DNA of 64,000 nucleotides from Thainema sp. (GTDB lineage Bacteria; Cyanobacteriota; Cyanobacteriia; Phormidesmidales; Phormidesmidaceae): NCBI GenBank assembly GCA_052168235.1, contig JBQLZK010000015.1, positions 1 to 64,000 of the forward strand, read 5' to 3'. Shown piece by piece: positions 58,268 to 64,000 of this stretch (position 1 is its first letter; each line of letters starts with the position of its first letter). The notes under the pieces were generated by a model. It saw only the letters and a program-made list of their open reading frames with translations, ran no database searches and was not told where the DNA came from. The position numbers and the translations under genes were made by a program.

Positions 58268-59356
58268 CTAGTCCTGTTCCTGCAGAGCCTCAATGAGTTC
58301 ATTCGCTAATGCCTGCAAGCGTTGAAACTTCTTCTTCAGCTTTGAATCTGCTTGAATACGATTCCATGCAGTCTTACTATAAAGCTGTTGAGCAGAGCGA
58401 CGAAACTCCTGTGGGGGATCTATATCAGCGCCACAACTATCATCAAAGTTAGCCTGCTTTAGCTCTTTAACACGCTCTAGTAGCGCACGTTTAGCCAGAC
58501 CCGCCTCGGCTTCTCGCAGCAAGTCAGCCTGAACGTCTGATGGCAAATTAGAGCGGCGAATCACATCTGCTTTAGAAAAAGCGACTCGCCCTTCTCGAAC
58601 CGCATCTAACAACTGCTCAGGCATCTTTTGCACAGCAATCAGTCGATTGGTCACGAAACTTTCCAGTGTTAGACCAAATTGGGTAAAGATTCGATCCAGT
58701 TGTGAGAGCACATCTAAGGTTATTATTCCGGAATAATAGTCACTCATTTCCTCGACAACTTGTTCATCATCCAGACGACGAGCGCGGCGCAGATTTTTAA
58801 TGCGAATCAGAGCCTGAGACAGGCTTTCGGTGTCTAGCTTAAACTTAAGGCCGATTAGCGCAATGATACTATCTGTCTCTTCAACAAGATTTAGGTTCTC
58901 GCGAATCAGGTTAGAGATCAGCGCAATTTCAAGTGCCTGTTCATCATTGAGGTCACTTTCAATCGCGGGTAATGTCTCTAACTTCAGGCTTTTACCACAT
59001 CGCCAGCGGCTTTCACCCGAGACGATTTCAAGCTTACCGTCCGCTCCACGTCGCACCAGCAACGGTTCTCTGACACCCACTTTGGCAATAGATCGTTGTA
59101 GCTTTTCAAGTGCAGCCGGATCAAAATATTTACGCGGCTGAGTTAACCCATCGCCCAGTCGGAGGGGAACAAAATCCTGAATGGGATAATGTGGAACTCC
59201 GCCTGCAGAGGAAGGAGCGTTTTGCAGATCTTCAAGCTGCTGTCGAAGCTGAGCGATCTCTTCATCACGCTGCTGAAGCTGCCCCATCTGGGCAACCCCG
59301 ACCTGTTGAAACTTTTGCAAAATTGGCTGCTGAGTTGCCTGACGTTTTTGTGCCAT
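58268..59356 (-). CDS. parB: ParB/Spo0J family CTPase partition protein
   Basis: QPRKYFD, GVREPLLVR, IVSGESRWR, NLIRENLN. Confidence 0.93.
   Translation of the reverse strand: MAQKRQATQQPILQKFQQVGVAQMGQLQQRDEEIAQLRQQLEDLQNAPSSAGGVPHYPIQDFVPLRLGDGLTQPRKYFDPAALEKLQRSIAKVGVREPLLVRRGADGKLEIVSGESRWRCGKSLKLETLPAIESDLNDEQALEIALISNLIRENLNLVEETDSIIALIGLKFKLDTESLSQALIRIKNLRRARRLDDEQVVEEMSDYYSGIITLDVLSQLDRIFTQFGLTLESFVTNRLIAVQKMPEQLLDAVREGRVAFSKADVIRRSNLPSDVQADLLREAEAGLAKRALLERVKELKQANFDDSCGADIDPPQEFRRSAQQLYSKTAWNRIQADSKLKKKFQRLQALANELIEALQEQD
58721..58738. promoter_or_regulatory. 18-bp perfect palindrome TATTATTCCGGAATAATA inside parB (parS candidate)
   Basis: Identical to 60218-60235. Confidence 0.65.
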
Positions 59357-59373
59357 TGTCTTACCTATACGCT

Positions 59374-60195
59374 CTACCGCACAGCCATGAGGGCTTGGGC
59401 AATTTCTTTGAAGTTCTGATTTGCTTTATGGCTGGGTCGATGGGCCCGCAGGGGCAGCCCAGCAGCAGCGGCATTGCTCACTTCAGCAGAATCCTTGATG
59501 TAGTTAAAGCAATGCACTCCAATCTGGCTTAACAAAGCCGGTAAGGTAGGAAAGCCATCCTCAGTAGGCTTCTCAGTCAAACCTAAATTATCTCGATGTA
59601 ACGCTCGATCCTGGACTCGATTCGGGACAACACCCAGAATTCTGGGAGCCGGACGAAGCCTAAGTTTATCGGACTTTTCCATCACCCAAGCTAGCAATGT
59701 TGCCGCGCTCATCATGTCTTTGGAGTCGGGTTGAATGGGAATGACAACGAAGTTGGCAGCCGTAAGTGCCATTTTATGGGCTAGATCGATCGTTCCAGGA
59801 CAGTCAAAGATCAGATAATCATGGGGAAGGGGATAATCTTCCAACCGATCCTTCAAGATTTCCGTTTTTCGATCAGCCGTCGAAAGCCGTTCAATCAGCT
59901 CACTCAAGGATTCATCTCCCAGCAGAACTTGCATCCTATCTTTTTGCCAGCAGTTATAGAGAGGCCAATTTCCGTTAAAGTCATCTTCGAGAATGCAGTC
60001 AATTTTTTCATCTGGGCCTGGATTCTCGCCCCCCAAACCAACAAATGCCTTCAGTGATGCGTTGGGGTCAAGTCCGAATAGGCAGACCGAGAAACCTGCC
60101 AAAAAAAGTTCGTAGCCAACATTGACCGCAAGAGTGGTTTTACCTGACCCTCCAGCGTTACTCATCAAAGCGACTCGGATCTGATTTTCATTCAT
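59374..60195 (-). CDS. parA: ParA family ATPase
   Basis: NAGGSGKTT, LDPNASL, LIFDCPG, ILGVVPN; upstream of parB. Confidence 0.92.
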   Translation of the reverse strand: MNENQIRVALMSNAGGSGKTTLAVNVGYELFLAGFSVCLFGLDPNASLKAFVGLGGENPGPDEKIDCILEDDFNGNWPLYNCWQKDRMQVLLGDESLSELIERLSTADRKTEILKDRLEDYPLPHDYLIFDCPGTIDLAHKMALTAANFVVIPIQPDSKDMMSAATLLAWVMEKSDKLRLRPAPRILGVVPNRVQDRALHRDNLGLTEKPTEDGFPTLPALLSQIGVHCFNYIKDSAEVSNAAAAGLPLRAHRPSHKANQNFKEIAQALMAVR

Positions 60196-60217
60196 ATTTT
60201 TGTCGTCGAGACTCGCT

Positions 60218-60235
60218 TATTATTCCGGAATAATA
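60218..60235. promoter_or_regulatory. 18-bp perfect palindrome upstream of parA (parS/operator candidate)
   Basis: TATTATTCCGGAATAATA, 22 bp before the parA start; second copy inside parB. Confidence 0.65.
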
Positions 60236-60346
60236 GGTACGCTCATCCAAATAGATGTCCCAATAGTACGGCAAAACATCGAAATTGGAACAGCAGCTTA
60301 GCGCCCTTATCAACCATACGGATAAATTGATTGGAGCTGAACAGGC

Positions 60347-61429
60347 TCAATCAATGGTCTCAGTCGTATTAGTAGAAATCTGAGCTTCAATCTCTTGAAT
60401 GGCGGTCTCCAATTCCACTTCCAACTGTTCTGCTGAAGGAAGCCGATCTCGCAATGTGGGTGGCAGTTCTTCCCGTAGTTTATAGGTCGAAACACCGATA
60501 GGATTTTGGACCGTTTCCAGCGCAAATTCTACCACTGTTCGCTTTTTGGAGCGACAGAGAACAATTCCAATCGTGGGATCATCGCGTTCGTCTCGCAGTA
60601 ATCGGTTCACTGCAGTGACATAGAAGTTCATCTTGCCAGCATATTCCGGTTTAAATTCTGTCATCTTCAGGTCAATCACGACATAGCAGTGCAGCTTCAG
60701 ATGATAGAGCAACAAGTCAATGAAATACTCGTCGCCCTCCACATCAAGACGATACTGGCTACCGACAAATGCAAACCCAACACCCAGCTCTAGCAAGAAA
60801 TCACGTATCCGCTCAACTAAAGCACGCTCCAAGTCCCGTTCTTGAGCGGCTGCATCCAAAGTTAAGAACGAAAAATTGTAGGGGTCTCTTAGGATCTGGC
60901 GGCTGAGGTCGGAGCGCTCAGGTGGCAAAGTTCGCTCAAAATTGGTAATGGCTTCGCCTTGGCGCTCATACAGTCCCGTCTCGATCTGCATCTCCAAAAT
61001 ATTGCGGCTCCAGCCATTTTGGAGCGTTTGCTGAACATACCACAATCGCGCCTGCGGGTCTTTGACCTGATCGAGCAGACGAACATTGTGCCCCCAGGGA
61101 ATTTGTGCAACAAGCTGTTGCACAATTTGTTCGTCCGGATACGCTTCAGCAAATGCCCGCATATATTTCAGGTTGCGAGGGGAAAACCCTTTCATATCGG
61201 GAAACTCTCGCTTCAGATCCTTAGCCAGACGGTCAATGACTTTGCTTCCCCAACTCTGTTGTTGCTGCCGTTGGAGGATATCCTGACCAATGTGCCAGTA
61301 GAGCAACACAAGCTCGCGATTGACAGCCAGCGCGGCTTTGATCTGCGCCTGACGGATGCGCGTCTTCAGGTCACTCAAAAAGGCAGCGTAATTTTCTTCT
61401 TCAGGAAACAGAGAGGGAGAGGTTGGCAT
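60347..61429 (-). CDS. YhcG/DUF1016 family PD-(D/E)xK nuclease
   Basis: LYWHIG, GFSPRNLKYMRAFA, QIPWGHN, RDPYNFSFL, FLLELGVGFAFVG, IDLLLYH...VVIDLK. Confidence 0.92.
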   Translation of the reverse strand: MPTSPSLFPEEENYAAFLSDLKTRIRQAQIKAALAVNRELVLLYWHIGQDILQRQQQQSWGSKVIDRLAKDLKREFPDMKGFSPRNLKYMRAFAEAYPDEQIVQQLVAQIPWGHNVRLLDQVKDPQARLWYVQQTLQNGWSRNILEMQIETGLYERQGEAITNFERTLPPERSDLSRQILRDPYNFSFLTLDAAAQERDLERALVERIRDFLLELGVGFAFVGSQYRLDVEGDEYFIDLLLYHLKLHCYVVIDLKMTEFKPEYAGKMNFYVTAVNRLLRDERDDPTIGIVLCRSKKRTVVEFALETVQNPIGVSTYKLREELPPTLRDRLPSAEQLEVELETAIQEIEAQISTNTTETID

Positions 61430-61960
61430 ACAGCAACAGTGTTGTTCGTCAGTCTAATTAGATGATGGAGTTAGGAGCAATTACGTTTGCGCAAGTGTGT
61501 GCTCCATGTGATTCAGTAGTGTGCTCTCACTCCCAGCAAGACACTAAACTCATCACTAGCACAAGAGCGCCACCCTGCAACTTACGCATCGAGGCCAAGT
61601 TTACTACAACGCATCCAAATCTTGTCCACCATTATCGCTAGCAAAAACTTCTTAGTACCTATCGCGGTGTTCCTACTACAACAACAAAGCACTATTAGTT
61701 TCAAATTCAGCCGCTGAAGACTCCCAACTGGCGCACCATGCGATTTTGCGGCAAACGATATATCGCTCAGCCATCTTCCCTGTTCAGCATGGCTTAATTT
61801 CCAACCTTATGAGAACCTGAAAGCCGCGGTGAGGTAGCGGAGTATCTACAGCGCTTTCAGCAGGTTCCCGACTGCTTGCCGTCTTCGATCCTCGTTGATG
61901 TATGGATCAAGACGAATGATTAATTTGGATATGTATAACAGAACCCGATCATTGGCAGTA

Positions 61961-61997
61961 GTCAATGCTAGTTGATGCTAGTTGATGCTAGTTGATA
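61961..61997. repeat. short tandem repeat (GTTGATGCTA)x~3.5
   Basis: gtcaatgcta gttgatgcta gttgatgcta gttgata. Confidence 0.8.
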
Positions 61998-62592
61998 ATT
62001 ACACTAAACATTACACTACGTTTTCAAGCAACAGATTTCAGTGCCATTAACCCAGATATATCAACCATGCTGATTCCACGTGGTGGGCACTTTTTATTGT
62101 TGAGTGCTACAAAGAGCCAGGTTCGTGTTTGCGTACTTATTCGTGTTAGTTTAATAAATTGCCATAAAGAGGACACGAATGAATGCGCAACAGTTGGGCA
62201 TCCCCCCTCTTAGAATGGCCCACCTCTGCGATCGCATTACATGCTCAAGGTGAGATGAGCCATCTGCCTCCCTTAGGAATCGTAAACTTTGGTATCCGCC
62301 CTGCGGAATCCCCAACATCAACGGGGTAGTCTATTAGCAAGGAGCTAAAAAACTCCTCGTTCAAGGAACAATTCAATTGCTCAGTAAAAGGAGGTCAGTA
62401 TCGATTTCCGATTGAATCTGTTTCACATCCAACTAACGGCATCCAACTCGGTTGTTGATATTTCCTAAACTTAACGATAGAGAGTTTTGCTGCGCATTTG
62501 CAGCACTCTAGCTAGTCTCAACTCATGTAGGAAATCACTCAGCGTTGCCAGTCTGGATGCCGTTATTGTCATTTTTTTAGCATCAAAAATTA

Positions 62593-63999
62593 TCACAACT
62601 GATACTCGGAAATGTTGGCGTTGATGCGCCAGTCTAGCAGCGTATATCGCTGGCGATCGCGCACCTGTCCGACTGCGATCGCAACCGCTTTCTTGGGGCC
62701 AACAATAATCGCTAACTGCTTGGCGCGGGTGAGTCCGGTATAGAGCAGATTACGGGTCAGCATCAGGTAGTGCTGCGTAAACAGCGGCAGAATCACCACC
62801 GGATATTCACTGCCTTGCGACTTATGAATCGTGACCGCCCAGGCTAGGGTCAGTTCATTCAAATCGGCTGCGTCATAGGTGACCCACCGCTGGTCGTACT
62901 GCACCGTCACTGCCTGCTCCTCGGCATCAATCTCGGCGACGGTACCTAAGTCGCCATTGAAGACATCTCGCTCATAGTCATTCAACTGCTGCAACACCCG
63001 ATCGCCCACCCGCAGGATTTGACTGCCGCGATTCAGCTCTGCGGCTTGGGGATGGGCCGGATTCAACCAGGTTTGCAGCACCTGATTAAGATTACGAGTG
63101 CCCATCGTTCCCCGGCGGGAGGGACAGAGGACTTGCACATCGCGGACGGGATTGAAGCCTAAGGTTGGAATCAGTTCCTGGATTAGGTCTTTCATGCCTT
63201 GAATACCTGGTTCCGGTTCCGGTGCTCCGAGCCAGAGGCAGTCGCTACGCGGTCGGGGAGAGACTGATTCCAGCTGAGGAAAGTCGCCGTGGTTAATTCG
63301 GTGGGCATTGACGACAATCTGACTGGCCTGAGCTTGCCGAAACACCTGCGTCAGTCGCACCACGGGAATGCAGCCGGAGTCGATCAGGTCGCGCAGCACG
63401 TTACCGGGGCCAACGCTGGGCAACTGGTCAATATCGCCCACCAGCAGTAAGTGCGCCTGGGTCGGAATCGCTTTGAGCAGGGCATTGGCCAAAAACAGAT
63501 CCAGCATGGAGGCTTCATCAATCACGACGGCATCGGTATCTAAGGGGTTGGCTTCATGTCGCTGGAAGCTCAGGTGGCTGGGATCAAATTCCAAGAGGCG
63601 GTGAATGGTTTTAGCCTCTTTGCCCGTCATCTCACTCAGGCGCTGGGCCGCTCGACCGGTGGGAGCCGCCAGCAGTAGGCGTTTTCCCATCGCGTGCCAG
63701 AGGGCAACGATGGTGCGGGTGGTAAAGGTCTTACCGCAGCCGGGGCCGCCAGTCAGAATCAGCACCCGTTGGCTAGCGGCCATTTCCACGGCTTGCTGTT
63801 GTTCGAGGGAGAGCGGCAGACCCGTGGTGTCAATCACACGCTGAATCCAGCGCTGGACACGGGCTACATCGACTGCTACAGGGTGCGAGAGGAGCAGTTG
63901 CACCTGCTGGGCTAGGTGTTGCTCGGCGGCGTAGAAGGCGGGTTTGTAGCAGCAGGCTTGCTCATCGTGATGATGCAGGATCAGCTCTTGTTCGCTGGC
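62593..63999 (-). CDS. recD2: RecD2-like SF1B helicase, 5' end beyond the window
   Basis: LTGGPGCGKT, APTGRAA, TIHRLL, IDEASM, GDIDQLPSVGPG, FNGDLG, TIHKSQGSEY, YTGLTRAK; frame stays open to the window edge. Confidence 0.93.
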   Translation of the reverse strand, partial: ASEQELILHHHDEQACCYKPAFYAAEQHLAQQVQLLLSHPVAVDVARVQRWIQRVIDTTGLPLSLEQQQAVEMAASQRVLILTGGPGCGKTFTTRTIVALWHAMGKRLLLAAPTGRAAQRLSEMTGKEAKTIHRLLEFDPSHLSFQRHEANPLDTDAVVIDEASMLDLFLANALLKAIPTQAHLLLVGDIDQLPSVGPGNVLRDLIDSGCIPVVRLTQVFRQAQASQIVVNAHRINHGDFPQLESVSPRPRSDCLWLGAPEPEPGIQGMKDLIQELIPTLGFNPVRDVQVLCPSRRGTMGTRNLNQVLQTWLNPAHPQAAELNRGSQILRVGDRVLQQLNDYERDVFNGDLGTVAEIDAEEQAVTVQYDQRWVTYDAADLNELTLAWAVTIHKSQGSEYPVVILPLFTQHYLMLTRNLLYTGLTRAKQLAIIVGPKKAVAIAVGQVRDRQRYTLLDWRINANISEYQL

Positions 64000-64000
64000 C

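Overview
A 64-kb segment of what is very probably a large conjugative plasmid of a cyanobacterium. The evidence is abundant HIP1 GCGATCGC octamers, xisH/xisI, several partition cassettes and no housekeeping, rRNA or tRNA genes; no replication initiator is recognisable in the window. Left to right it holds: an AT-rich cargo module (GAF-EAL phosphodiesterase, heme-oxygenase-like diiron enzyme, TetR) ending in fused IS110 and integrase remnants; a ParA plus small-adaptor cassette with an 8-bp repeat centromere candidate; a 15-kb Rhs/adhesin gene with a C-terminal HAE/CxxC deaminase toxin and an Imm1-like immunity gene; HIP1-punctuated repeat patches around xisHI and an Rpn-family gene; an 18-kb leftward block (ParM/ParR-like, MobD-like, AAA ATPase, lysozyme-M23 hydrolase, SSB, a 2328-aa methyltransferase-strawberry-notch helicase); the oriT region, mobC, relaxase and a VirB/VirD4-type T4SS; parAB with an 18-bp palindrome; a YhcG-type nuclease; and a truncated recD2. 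The most unusual observations are (1) an apparently real 157-aa gene nested out of frame in the linker of the methyltransferase-helicase gene, (2) a shared C-terminal domain and tail on three otherwise unrelated proteins, suggesting a set of proteins co-transferred during conjugation, and (3) a shuffled array of short modules delimited by HIP1 sites. All family assignments come from motifs read by eye, not from database searches.
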